Source of the DNA: an uncultured Actinomycetes bacterium
Lineage (GTDB): Bacteria; Actinomycetota; UBA4738; JBBDHU01
Direction: 5' to 3'
NCBI GenBank assembly: GCA_964640385.1
Contig: CAZXFL010000002.1
Coordinates: 27,045 to 91,044, forward strand
DNA length: 64,000 nt
Shown: positions 44,006 to 55,258 of the stretch, in pieces
Position numbering within the stretch: the stretch's first letter is position 1
How the letters are laid out: each line of letters starts with the position of its first letter
Notes under the pieces: model-generated
What the model was told of the DNA's origin: nothing
What the model saw: the letters and a program-made list of their open reading frames with translations, nothing else
Database searches by the model: none
Program-made: the position numbers and the translations under genes

Positions 44006-45025
44006 TCAGGCCGCCAGAACCGCGGTGAACGATGTCGTCTTATTGAATCCGGGGCACGTCAGCGTCGTCGTCACCGTGGGGCTCGTCCGAACCTTTTTCT
44101 GGATCGGATCCCGGCTGATCCGGAGCGTGACGGCCACCTTCGTGGCCACGGTCTCGTCCCCGATCAGCTCCCCCGCGATGGGGTGGAAGGAGATATCCAC
44201 CTTGAAGGGTGCCTGCACGTGAACCCCGCCTTTCGCGCAGGTGGCGCGGATGGTGGAGCGGCCGCGGTAGTTCCCGCCCGTTCCCGTGTACGGGATCTGG
44301 AACTGGGCTCCGCTCTGTGCGACGCCTCCGCACGACCCGGAGGAACAGCGAGACTTGAAGGTGATGTCGTACTTCGGGCCGTCGTAGAAGCCGTCGACCC
44401 TCGCCTGCGTGGTCGGAAGCGGCTTGGTCTGCGTCGCTGTCGGACTCTCGAAGAGTGGTGAGGAGGGTGGCGACGGCACCAGGGGAGAAACCGGCTGCGC
44501 CACCACCGGTGGCGGGGAGGGCACCTCCTCGCTGCCTCCGGTCGCGAGCAGGACGATCACGATGATCACGAGGAGGGCGGCGACCGCGCCGACGGCGACG
44601 ATGACTGGGTTCTGGAGCAAGGAACCCTGCCGAGGAGCCCGGGGTGCCGGCGGCGGTGCTCCCGCGTCAGCGGTTGCGACCGGAACGGTAGCTGCGACCG
44701 GAACGGCCGCGACCGGGACCACCGGCGGTGCAGGAGCAGGAACGGCCAATGTGAACGCGGCTCCCCCGACGCGGACCTCATCGCCGGCCTTCAGAGCAGT
44801 GACCGCAGCGATCCTCGTCCCGTTGACGAAGGTGCCACCGTCGGACCCCATGTCCTGCACGATCGGCGCGCCGGACGCGTCCGTCTTGAAGAATGCGTGC
44901 CGCGCTGAGATGCCGGGGTCCTGGAGAACGAAGTCGCAATCCGGAGCGCTCCCGATGAGGAGGCCGCGCTCTCCTACCTCGAGCGTGCGTGCTTCCCCTG
45001 ATGCGAGTACGACCGTGATCTGCAC
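44006..45025 (-). CDS. FHA-domain membrane protein (N-terminal FHA, Pro-rich linker, one TM, Cys-containing extracytoplasmic domain)
   Basis: LLIGSAPDCDFVLQDPGISARHAFF...GSDGGTFVNGTRI...GDEVRVGG. TM segment VIVAVGAVAALLVIIVIVLLA. Confidence 0.85.
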   Translation of the reverse strand: MQITVVLASGEARTLEVGERGLLIGSAPDCDFVLQDPGISARHAFFKTDASGAPIVQDMGSDGGTFVNGTRIAAVTALKAGDEVRVGGAAFTLAVPAPAPPVVPVAAVPVAATVPVATADAGAPPPAPRAPRQGSLLQNPVIVAVGAVAALLVIIVIVLLATGGSEEVPSPPPVVAQPVSPLVPSPPSSPLFESPTATQTKPLPTTQARVDGFYDGPKYDITFKSRCSSGSCGGVAQSGAQFQIPYTGTGGNYRGRSTIRATCAKGGVHVQAPFKVDISFHPIAGELIGDETVATKVAVTLRISRDPIQKKVRTSPTVTTTLTCPGFNKTTSFTAVLAA

Positions 45026-45181
45026 CGGCGTCCCTCCAGTCGATCCGACGCGCCCGCAGCGGGCCGCGCCCGTGATGATGGATTCTAGAGGTATCCCTCC
45101 GCATTTTTCAAAGCGGCCGAGCGGTGGGGTATGCCACCTGTGAAGCCGTCGGCATCCCTCGTCGGGACTTCCATGCGTTCG

Positions 45182-45544
45182 CTAGGCGCGGCCGGTGTAC
45201 AGGGCGTTGATCCGCTGGCCCACCGCGGGGTTGCGCTTCGTCCGCTCGTTCCACCCGTCGAGGGCGGTCTGCCAATCTTCGCCCGACACTCCCTTGGACG
45301 CCGCGATCTCGGGAGCCTTCGTCTGGTCGTAGTTGAACGCCGCGAGCCCCTTCGAGACCTCGACGAACAGCTCCAGGGATACGCCGGCGATCGGTTCGAA
45401 GTCAGGGCCTTCCTGTGGGATCGTCCCTCCCGCCGTTGCCTCGTTCGCGGCAGCGATCGCATTGGCTTGATCCTTGACCGCCTTTGTCTGTGCCATGAGC
45501 TGCGCCATCGTTCCGTCGTCCTTGTCCTTCTTGAACAGGCCCAT
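45182..45544 (-). CDS. Hypothetical soluble protein (120 aa)
   Basis: Trimmed to MGLFKKDKDDGTMAQLMAQ... (ATG at 45544). The upstream part of the track ORF has poor composition. Confidence 0.6.
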   Translation of the reverse strand: MGLFKKDKDDGTMAQLMAQTKAVKDQANAIAAANEATAGGTIPQEGPDFEPIAGVSLELFVEVSKGLAAFNYDQTKAPEIAASKGVSGEDWQTALDGWNERTKRNPAVGQRINALYTGRA

Positions 45545-45679
45545 CTGTTCGCTCCTTCCGGAAGCCTGTGTGCGTGTGACCGGATCGCGGTCCATGGTAG
45601 GGCCGCCCGCGAAGGAAAGCGAATCGAGACGGGTCGGCGAGCCGCGTAGGATGGCGTGCACGGAGGAAAGGAGCCTGGG

Positions 45680-46123
45680 ATGGCTGCAGAACGACGCGCG
45701 CGCGCAGTATGGGAGGGGACCCTCCTCGAGGGAGATGGTCGGGTTTCCACCCAAAGTTCGTCGGTCCTTTCGGACCAAGCGGTCACCTGGTCGGCCAGGA
45801 CCGAGGATCCAGACGGGCTCACCAGTCCGGAGGAGCTGCTCGCTGCGGCTCACGCGTCGTGTTACGCGATGGCTCTTTCGGCCTCACTGGCGCGTGCGGG
45901 CACCCCGTCGGAGCGGCTCGAGGTCACCGCCACCTGTACGTTCGACAAGGTCGGCGACGGTTGGGCGGTCACGACGATGGACCTGCACGTCCTCGGGCGT
46001 GTTCCCGGTCTCGATCAAGGTGGCTTCGAGGAAGGCGCCCGGGCCGGCGAGGAAGGGTGCCCCATCTCGAACGCGATCCGCGGCAACGTCGTGATCAACG
46101 TCACCGCGGAGTTGGAGACCTAG
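45680..46123 (+). CDS. OsmC-family peroxiredoxin
   Basis: AVWEGTLLEGDGRVST...TSPEELLAAAHASCYAMALS...GCPISNAI. GGAGGAAAGGAG RBS precedes the ATG at 45680. Confidence 0.85.
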   Translation: MAAERRARAVWEGTLLEGDGRVSTQSSSVLSDQAVTWSARTEDPDGLTSPEELLAAAHASCYAMALSASLARAGTPSERLEVTATCTFDKVGDGWAVTTMDLHVLGRVPGLDQGGFEEGARAGEEGCPISNAIRGNVVINVTAELET

Positions 46124-46215
46124 GGCTGGCTGCCGACCTGTCTGCTGGCCCGCCGTTCGGGTCCCGGTCGCCCGCCCGCCCCCTCGTTCAGCCGCACCAG
46201 CGCCCTCGCTCTCTC

Positions 46216-46842
46216 ATGGTTCTCTCATGCGTCGGGATCCATCGTGGGGCCGACGGCAGAGCGCTCGCGGTGCCGACCGATGCGGCCGCGGAGTCGGAGA
46301 TGCCCGCGGACCTGGCGACGATCGAGGCCGGCGCGGGTGCTGTCTTCGACGCGGCAGGGTCGGGCGACTGGAGCGCGGCCTCGGCCGGGGTGCGCGATGT
46401 GGAAGGCGCCTGGGAAAGCTATCGGACCGACGACGCGGTGCTGGTGCTCATCGAGCCCAGGATGAGCGGCGCGCTCGACGTGCTGGCGGCGGCGGTCGCG
46501 TCGCGCGATGCGGCGAAGGCCCGTCAAGCGGCGATCGACGTCGCCCAGTCGACCCTCGATCTGCAGCTCCGTTACCGGCCCGTCACCGAGATCGACCTCG
46601 CGCGGTTCAACCTATGGCTGGCCCAGATGCTGGTCGACGCGTCGGCCGGCGATGCGTCGGCGGTCAACGGAGACTACTTCACGCTCGACTACATCCGGGA
46701 TCGGATCCTCGGTGCGCTGAACGATGCCGACATGACCAGCATCAACGCACAGCTCGAGGAGCTCCAGGGCGCCGTCGCCGACCGCGACATGTCCGCCGTC
46801 TCCGAGGCGGCACGACAGATGCGGGAGACGATGCCTGGCTAG
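46216..46842 (+). CDS. Hypothetical protein (208 aa, helical)
   Basis: Only the 3' part of track ORF 45709..46842 is non-overlapping with osmC. First ATG at 46216. No domain recognised. Confidence 0.55.
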   Translation: MVLSCVGIHRGADGRALAVPTDAAAESEMPADLATIEAGAGAVFDAAGSGDWSAASAGVRDVEGAWESYRTDDAVLVLIEPRMSGALDVLAAAVASRDAAKARQAAIDVAQSTLDLQLRYRPVTEIDLARFNLWLAQMLVDASAGDASAVNGDYFTLDYIRDRILGALNDADMTSINAQLEELQGAVADRDMSAVSEAARQMRETMPG

Positions 46843-46909
46843 GGTCCGGTACGCCCTCCGGCTTCAATAGAGTGTGTAGCTGCAAGGGTTCGATGAGCCG
46901 GAGGGTCAG

Positions 46910-47617
46910 ATGGAACGGTGGGTGCTGGCCGCAGCGCTGGTCGCGACGCTCGTGGGGGGCGGGATCCTGACGCCCGGCGCGGCGCTCGCGGACGACACGT
47001 CGGCGCGCGCGCCGGTCCCTGCCGGTCCCACCCAGCCGCCGTTCGAGTCGAGTATCGAACGCATCAGCGACTCGGTCCGCAACCTGATGACGGGGCGGTC
47101 GTGGCGTCGCGGCTGTCCGGTTGCGATCCACGATCTGCGGTACCTCACGCTCCGCTACCAGACGTTCTCCGGCGGGTCTCGGATGGGTGAGCTGGTCGTC
47201 CACGAGCGGTGGGCCGATGAGATCGTGACGGTGTTCTCGGACCTATATGCAGCCGCCTTCCCGATCCGCCGGATGCGGTTGGTCGACCACTACGGCGCGA
47301 ACGACACCCGGTCGATGCGCCACGACAACACCTCGGCGTTCAACTGCCGCTGGCGTGCCGGCTCACCCGGTGTCTGGTCCCAGCACGCCTACGGCCGGGC
47401 GATCGATGTGAACCCGGTCGAGAACCCGTACTTCGTTCCACCCGACTACGTGTCGCCCCCCGAGGGCCGGCCGTACCTCGATCGGAGCCGCGACCGGCCG
47501 GGGATGATCCACGCGCACGATGACGTCGTGGACGCGTTCCGGCGGATCGACTGGCGTTGGGGTGGCAACTGGAACAACATCAAGGACTGGCAGCACTTCT
47601 CCGCAACAGGGAAGTAG
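46910..47617 (+). CDS. Secreted M15-family (VanY/D-Ala-D-Ala carboxypeptidase-like) metallopeptidase
   Basis: Signal peptide. Zn ligand contexts SQHAYGRAIDV (H-x6-D) and DWQHFS. Confidence 0.85.
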   Translation: MERWVLAAALVATLVGGGILTPGAALADDTSARAPVPAGPTQPPFESSIERISDSVRNLMTGRSWRRGCPVAIHDLRYLTLRYQTFSGGSRMGELVVHERWADEIVTVFSDLYAAAFPIRRMRLVDHYGANDTRSMRHDNTSAFNCRWRAGSPGVWSQHAYGRAIDVNPVENPYFVPPDYVSPPEGRPYLDRSRDRPGMIHAHDDVVDAFRRIDWRWGGNWNNIKDWQHFSATGK

Positions 47618-47703
47618 CAGCCGTACGGCCCGCGGTAAGCTCGTGCGCGTGATCGAAGTCACCTGTATGTCCGGGTTCCAGGTTCGGGGAACCGAGGGCG
47701 GCG

Positions 47704-48273
47704 GTGACGCCTGACGATCACGAGGGTCCCGGGCAGCCCCCCGCGGTCGATGCCGAGCCCGCACTGACGAACGTTCCCGTTGCGCCCCAGGTGGTTGGGC
47801 AGGCGCTCGAATCGCTCATCCTGTACCTGGGCGACGACGGCATCCATCACCTGCACCCGATCCATTCGGCGACGCTGCGGCTCGGGTGGCAGGCGGACCT
47901 GCAGCCGGGCGAGGTCGTCGTCGATGCGGCGGCGCGCTACGGGCTTGCGCCGTTCCTCGTTCACTCCACGTCCTGGCGGATGGAGGAGGGCCGGGTGGTG
48001 CTGACGTACGTGGTCGGCGTCGAGCCGCCGGAGGAGCTCAACGAGTTCCTTGCCGACGACCTGGTCGGTCGTTCGGAGCTTGCCCGAGGGGACGCGATGG
48101 GCCCGCCGGTGGACATCGGCGTCGTCCAGGTGGTCGAACACGGCCTTCGCCATCTCGCCTGGCTCGTCAAGGACGATGCCGCGGTCCACGACGCGCTGCC
48201 GAACTGGGTCGATGCCCTGTCTGCCTACGAACCCGAACCGTTCCGGGCGTTCGGCGGCTCGGCGAACGGGTGA
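47704..48273 (+). CDS. Conserved hypothetical protein (189 aa)
   Basis: Clean ORF with a GTG start after a GAGGGCGG RBS-like sequence. No domain recognised. Confidence 0.65.
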   Translation: MTPDDHEGPGQPPAVDAEPALTNVPVAPQVVGQALESLILYLGDDGIHHLHPIHSATLRLGWQADLQPGEVVVDAAARYGLAPFLVHSTSWRMEEGRVVLTYVVGVEPPEELNEFLADDLVGRSELARGDAMGPPVDIGVVQVVEHGLRHLAWLVKDDAAVHDALPNWVDALSAYEPEPFRAFGGSANG

Positions 48274-48328
48274 TCGTGACCGAGGTGACCCGAATGGGGT
48301 CGCCGCCGAGCTTGCTAGAATCCGGCCC

Positions 48329-48955
48329 GTGCTGAAGCGGGGGTCCGTCGCGAGGGGCTTGGCGGTAGTCGGGGTCGTCCTGGCCGCCGTGCTGCTCATC
48401 CCGGCGATCGCGAACGCTCAGGTACCGATCGACCCCACCACCGAGGCCGAGCTCAACGACGGCGGCTGGATCTACTGGATCGACTGGCTCGTCCTCGGGC
48501 TCAGCGTGCTCCTGTGTTTGCTCCTGATCTTCGGGTACATGAGGCTTTCCCCGCGGTTCCGCCGTGCTGAGGCCGACGAACCCGCCGTCCTGCGGCCCGG
48601 CGTGAAGGCGCCGAAGGTGCAGCTCGGCGCCGTCGCTCCGCGTCCGCCAGCGTCTCCGCGCCAGGTCGAGGCGGTGGCCGCTCCGGCTCCGAGGCCCGCC
48701 GCTCCGGTCGCCGCGCCTGCCGCAGCCCCGCCTGCCGCAGCCTCGCCGGCCGTCGTGCCGGCAGCGGCCCCAGCGTCCGCGCCGGAGGCACCGGCCGCCG
48801 ACCCTCCTGCGGAGAAGAAGGAAGCCGAACTGGATAAGGAGGCGTTCGATAAGGTCCTGCAGGAGCAGCTCGACAAGGGGGTCGACCGGCGCGTGGCCGA
48901 AGGCCGCGCCCGATCCGCCGCCTTGCAAGCCGGACGCAAGAAGGCAGGCGGCTGA
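48329..48955 (+). CDS. Membrane protein with signal peptide, one TM and a Pro/Ala-rich cytoplasmic tail
   Basis: In-frame GTG at 48329: VLKRGSVARGLAVVGVVLAAVLLIPAIANA..., TM LVLGLSVLLCLLLIFGY, then a PA-rich region. Confidence 0.6.
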   Translation: MLKRGSVARGLAVVGVVLAAVLLIPAIANAQVPIDPTTEAELNDGGWIYWIDWLVLGLSVLLCLLLIFGYMRLSPRFRRAEADEPAVLRPGVKAPKVQLGAVAPRPPASPRQVEAVAAPAPRPAAPVAAPAAAPPAAASPAVVPAAAPASAPEAPAADPPAEKKEAELDKEAFDKVLQEQLDKGVDRRVAEGRARSAALQAGRKKAGG

Positions 48956-48987
48956 CCACGGCCGAGGCCTCGGCGGTCGACTGGGGC

Positions 48988-50037
48988 ATGAAGTCCCGCA
49001 GCACCGCCCGGTTCATCGACTGGGGTTCCGCGTCGCGCAGCGCCCGCAGCGTCGGCGGTCCCGGCCCCAGGGTCACGCCCGACGAGCGCTCCGCGCTCAC
49101 CAAGGACTTCCAGTTCGCGGTCGAACGTGCCGAAGATCTCGTCGCGGGGTTCACGCGGCTCCCGGCACCGGCAAGCCGGACGCGCGCATGGATCATGGGC
49201 CGGGGTGGATGGGCGGATGCGAACCTCCGCAGCCTCGAACGCGTCATCGGCCCGCTCATCGAGCGGCTGCTCTCCTCGCACCCGAGCCGCAGGGCTTGGC
49301 GTGCCAAAGCGTTGGGAACGCAGCTGGGTGGCTTGCTCGGATACGTCTCGCGCAAGGTCGTTGGCCAGTACGACGTGTTCCTGCCGGCCGACGACGAGGG
49401 ACTCCTCTACTTCGTCGGACCGAACGTGGTGGCGATCGAGCGCAAGTTCGGGCTCGAGCGGATGGACTTCCGGATGTGGGTGGCGATACATGAGGTCACG
49501 CACCGGGTGCAGTTCGCCGCGGCGCCCTGGCTCCGCGGGTACCTTGCCGGCATGGTCGACGCGTACCTGGCTACCGTCGACATCGACTCGAAGAAGATGA
49601 TCGAGAACCTGCAGCGCGCCGCCCGGGAGATGGCCGAGCGCGGCGAGTGGCGGAGCGTCTCGGTCGTCCTCGCGATGATGACGCCCGAGCAGCTCGCGAT
49701 CTTCCACCGGATGCAGTCGATGATGTCGCTCCTGGAGGGTCACGCATCGTTCGTGATGAACCAGCTCGGCAAGGAGCATCTCGGGACGTTCGATAGGCTG
49801 CAGCGGGGGCTGAAGGAACGTCGCAACGTGGGTGGTATGGAGAAGACGTTCCAGCGGATCATCGGGTTCGACCAGAAGGTCAAGCAGTACGGGGCGGGCG
49901 AACACTTCGTCACCGGCGTCGTCCAGGAAGCCGGGATGGCCGGGCTCAACGCGGTCTGGAGCGCGCCGAGCACACTGCCCACGATGGAGGAGATCGCCGA
50001 GCCGAGCCGCTGGCTCGCGCGCGTCCGGCCCGGCTGA
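48988..50037 (+). CDS. Zinc-dependent metalloprotease (DUF2342 family)
   Basis: HEVTH motif (VAIHEVTHRVQF). Sits immediately upstream of tilS, as in other actinobacteria. Confidence 0.85.
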   Translation: MKSRSTARFIDWGSASRSARSVGGPGPRVTPDERSALTKDFQFAVERAEDLVAGFTRLPAPASRTRAWIMGRGGWADANLRSLERVIGPLIERLLSSHPSRRAWRAKALGTQLGGLLGYVSRKVVGQYDVFLPADDEGLLYFVGPNVVAIERKFGLERMDFRMWVAIHEVTHRVQFAAAPWLRGYLAGMVDAYLATVDIDSKKMIENLQRAAREMAERGEWRSVSVVLAMMTPEQLAIFHRMQSMMSLLEGHASFVMNQLGKEHLGTFDRLQRGLKERRNVGGMEKTFQRIIGFDQKVKQYGAGEHFVTGVVQEAGMAGLNAVWSAPSTLPTMEEIAEPSRWLARVRPG

Positions 50038-51038
50038 TGGGTCGCCGCCCGCCCGCGGTCGCCCGGGTGCTCGAGCGGGTGACGGCAACGATCCGCGAAC
50101 ACGAGATGGTCGCGCCCGGCCAGACCGTGGTGGCGTCGGTCTCGGGCGGGCCCGATTCCCTCTGCATGCTCTCTGCGCTCGTCGAACTTCGTCGGCTCTT
50201 CAAGATCACCCTCGAGGTGTTCCATTTCGACCATCGACTCCGGGAGGGATCGGGGGCCGACGCCGACTACGTCCGGCGCGTGTCTGAGCGGCTGAAGCTC
50301 CCTTTCCATCTGCGGGTCGCCGGCTCCGAGCCCGCGAAGGGCGGGTCCGTGGAGGACTGGGCGCACCGCGCGCGGCTCGGTTCACTGGCGCTGGTCCTGC
50401 GCGATACGGGGGCAGACCGGGCGGCGATCGCACACACGCGGGACGACCAAGCCGAGACGGTCCTGCTGGCGGCCATCCGCGGAGGCGGCTTGGATGCGAT
50501 GGCGGGGATCCGTCCCGTGCATGGTCCGCACATCCGCCCGCTCATCGACGTCACACGGGACGAGGTCGAGGCGTTCTGCCGGTCGCTCCGGTTGCGGCCC
50601 CGCGTCGATCCGACGAACCGCGACACTCGTTTGCTGCGCAACGCGGTTCGGCTCAAGGCGATCCCCGATATCGAGCGCGCGACGGGACGCGAGATCCGTG
50701 AGGCGTTGGCAAGGACCGCGGGACTCCTGCGTGAGGACGCCGACGAACTTCAGCGGCTCGCCGTTGCGGCGGAGGACGAACTGGTCGAGGAGCGGGAGGA
50801 GGGGTTCGGCCTGCCTGCCGCGCCGCTACTGGCGTTGCCCCGGGCCGTGTCGTCGCGGGTCGCCCGCGCGGTCCTGTATCGGGCCGGCTACCTCCCGACC
50901 GCCGAGATGATCGATGCGCTCCTCGATCTGGCCGCCGGCCGCCCCGGCCGCCGGCGCGACCTGCCGGGCCCCTCGACAGCGACCCGCGCGCAGGGGTATG
51001 TTCTGCTTCCTCGCACTTCCCCCGAGGTCGCCGAGTGA
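50037..51038 (+). CDS. tilS: tRNA(Ile)-lysidine synthase
   Basis: PP-loop VSGGPDSLCML. The ATG overlaps the upstream TGA by 1 nt. Confidence 0.9.
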   Translation: MGRRPPAVARVLERVTATIREHEMVAPGQTVVASVSGGPDSLCMLSALVELRRLFKITLEVFHFDHRLREGSGADADYVRRVSERLKLPFHLRVAGSEPAKGGSVEDWAHRARLGSLALVLRDTGADRAAIAHTRDDQAETVLLAAIRGGGLDAMAGIRPVHGPHIRPLIDVTRDEVEAFCRSLRLRPRVDPTNRDTRLLRNAVRLKAIPDIERATGREIREALARTAGLLREDADELQRLAVAAEDELVEEREEGFGLPAAPLLALPRAVSSRVARAVLYRAGYLPTAEMIDALLDLAAGRPGRRRDLPGPSTATRAQGYVLLPRTSPEVAE

Positions 51039-51054
51039 ACGGGGGAGTCGCGCC

Positions 51055-51648
51055 ATGGAGGTTCGCGTCGCGCCGACGGGGGTCGAGTCCGAGACGACCA
51101 CGATGACTGGACACGAAGCCGACATCGACGAGGTCCTCATCACTGCCGACGACATCCAGGCGGCGGTTCGCCGGCTCGGCGAGGAGATCTCACGGGACTA
51201 TGCCGAACGTGACCTGCTGGTGATCGGGGTACTCAAGGGCGCGTTCATGATGATGGCGGACCTGGCGAAGTCCCTGACGGTCGCGACCGACTTCGACTTC
51301 ATGGCTGTGTCCTCCTACGGCGCGGCGACCAAGACCAGCGGCGTGGTCCGCATCCTCAAGGATCTGGATCTGGACATCCGGGACCGCGATGTGCTCCTGG
51401 TCGAGGACATCATCGATTCGGGCCTGACCTTGAACTACCTGCTGAAGAACCTGAAGAGTCGCGGCCCGGCGAGCCTGGAGGTATGCACGTTGCTGCAGAA
51501 ACAAGGCGCGCAACGGGTCCCCTTGGACATCCGCTACACGGGGTTCGAGATCCCCGACCGGTTCGTCGTCGGGTACGGCTTGGACCTCGGTCAGCGGTAC
51601 CGGAACCTCCCCTACATCGCGACGCTCAACCCCGGCATCGTCGAGTAG
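51055..51648 (+). CDS. hpt: Hypoxanthine phosphoribosyltransferase
   Basis: ...VIGVLKGAFMMMADL...FDFMAVSSYG...VLLVEDIIDSGLTL...FVVGYGLD. GGGGGAG RBS precedes the ATG at 51055. An alternative start is at 51103. Confidence 0.9.
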   Translation: MEVRVAPTGVESETTTMTGHEADIDEVLITADDIQAAVRRLGEEISRDYAERDLLVIGVLKGAFMMMADLAKSLTVATDFDFMAVSSYGAATKTSGVVRILKDLDLDIRDRDVLLVEDIIDSGLTLNYLLKNLKSRGPASLEVCTLLQKQGAQRVPLDIRYTGFEIPDRFVVGYGLDLGQRYRNLPYIATLNPGIVE

Positions 51649-51857
51649 GCGGCCAAGCCTTCGACGATCGCCGCGGGTCGCGCGACCCGGCCCTGTCACA
51701 CGCCTGTGCTAGCCTTGGTCGTTGAGGCGGGTTGCGGCCCGTCTCTTCCACCCTCTGACCACGATCCCACCCGCGGGAGGAGAGTCCGTCGCAGCAGCCG
51801 AAGCCACCTGAGTCACCTCAGAAGAAGCTCCTGAAGGGTCCGGTCCCGTACCTGATC

Positions 51858-53747
<1,890 letters not shown>

Positions 53748-53774
53748 CCGTCGCCGGGGTAGAGTCCTTCCACC

Positions 53775-54353
53775 ATGAGCGACTTCGATCAGGAGAAGGT
53801 CGAGCAGGGCGTCCGGATGATCCTCGAAGGCATCGGGGAGGATGCCGACCGGGGCGGCCTCGAGGACACGCCGGCGCGCGTCGCACGCATGTACCGCGAG
53901 GTGACGGGCGGGATCGGTATCGATGCGTCTGAGCTGGTCACCGTCGTCAAGGGTGCCGGCCATGACGAGATGATCATGGTGAAAGACATCCCCCTGTACT
54001 CCCTCTGCGAACATCACCTCTTGCCCTTCGTCGGGCGCGCACACGTCGCGTATATCCCCGATGCCGAGGGACGGATCACGGGCCTGTCGAAGATCGCACG
54101 CGTGGTCGACACCCTTGCGAAGAAACCGCAGGTGCAGGAGCGGCTCACGACCGAGATCGCCGATGCGCTCGATCAGGCGCTGAACCCGCGTGGGGTGTTC
54201 GTCGTCTTGGAGGCCGAGCACCTCTGCATGACGATGCGCGGCGTCGAGAAGCCGGGATCGCTCACCCTCACGTCGGCCGTCCGTGGCTTGTTCCGCAACG
54301 ACGCGAGGACACGCGCGGAGGCGTTCGCCCACATCGGCGGCCATCGCCTCTAG
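53775..54353 (+). CDS. folE: GTP cyclohydrolase I
   Basis: [13 protein letters not shown]...[11 protein letters not shown]...SKIARVV...QERLT. Confidence 0.95.
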   Translation: MSDFDQEKVEQGVRMILEGIGEDADRGGLEDTPARVARMYREVTGGIGIDASELVTVVKGAGHDEMIMVKDIPLYSLCEHHLLPFVGRAHVAYIPDAEGRITGLSKIARVVDTLAKKPQVQERLTTEIADALDQALNPRGVFVVLEAEHLCMTMRGVEKPGSLTLTSAVRGLFRNDARTRAEAFAHIGGHRL

Positions 54354-54406
54354 CCCCCGTCGTCACGGGGCCGCCGTTCACGGCTCTTGAGCTGTCCGGA
54401 TACCAT

Positions 54407-55258
54407 GTGGCCATGAGTGGCCCACTCTGGCGCGTAGGCGCGCGTTCCCACGATTGTTCCGAGCGCACGCTCGTCATGGGCATCCTGAACGTCACGCCCG
54501 ATTCCTTCTCGGACGGGGGCCAGTTCGATGATCCCGACACCGCGATCCAGCACGCGCTGGCCATGGTCGCCGACGGCGCGGACATCCTGGATGTGGGGGG
54601 CGAGTCCACGCGACCAGGGTCGGATCCGGTCCCGGCCGACGAGGAGGTCGCACGGACCGTGCCGGTCATTCAGGCGCTCGCCCGTGAGGACGTCGGCGTT
54701 CCCCTGTCGATCGACACGCGGAAGGCCGATGTCGCCCGCGCCGCGCTCGAAGCCGGTGCGACCATCGTGAACGACGTCACGGCCGGGGGCGATCCGGACA
54801 TGTTCGCAGTCGCCGCGGACGCGGACGCGGCGATGGTGCTGATGCACATGCGGGGCGAGCCGAAGACCATGCAGGTCGAGCCGGCCTACGAGGACGTGGT
54901 CGCCGAGGTGGCCACGTTCCTGGAGTCGCGCCTGGCCGATGCGGTGAACGCCGGCATCGAGTTCGAGCGGCTGTGTATCGATCCCGGGATCGGGTTCGGG
55001 AAGGCGCTCGACCATAGTCTGTCGTTGATGAAGCATCTCGATGCGCTCGAGCGGCTCGAGCGACCGATCCTCGTCGGCCCCTCGCGCAAGGCCTTCATCG
55101 GCAAGCTCCTCGATCTGGACGTGGACGAGCGTCTGGAGGGAACGGCGGCTGCGGTCGCGTTCCTGGTCGCCTCCGGCGCTCACGTCGTGCGGGTGCATGA
55201 TGTCCGGGAGATGGCTCGCGTATCGCGCATCGTCGATGCGATCGTGAGGGCGGAGTGA
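54407..55258 (+). CDS. folP: Dihydropteroate synthase
   Basis: VMGILNVTPDSFSDGG...ADILDVGGESTRPG...DPGIGFGK. Confidence 0.92.
   Translation: MAMSGPLWRVGARSHDCSERTLVMGILNVTPDSFSDGGQFDDPDTAIQHALAMVADGADILDVGGESTRPGSDPVPADEEVARTVPVIQALAREDVGVPLSIDTRKADVARAALEAGATIVNDVTAGGDPDMFAVAADADAAMVLMHMRGEPKTMQVEPAYEDVVAEVATFLESRLADAVNAGIEFERLCIDPGIGFGKALDHSLSLMKHLDALERLERPILVGPSRKAFIGKLLDLDVDERLEGTAAAVAFLVASGAHVVRVHDVREMARVSRIVDAIVRAE

Noticed and set aside
45709-46215. Upstream part of the 377-aa ORF 45709..46842 (+).
   Set aside because: It overlaps the well-supported osmC gene in another frame and has Arg/Gly-rich shadow composition. Only 46216..46842 was kept.
46843-46909. Possible cyclic-di-AMP (ydaO-type) riboswitch upstream of the M15 cell-wall peptidase, as seen before some actinobacterial wall hydrolases.
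   Set aside because: The leader is only about 65 nt, too short for that riboswitch, and I see none of its conserved ACGGGG/CCCG pseudo-symmetric elements.
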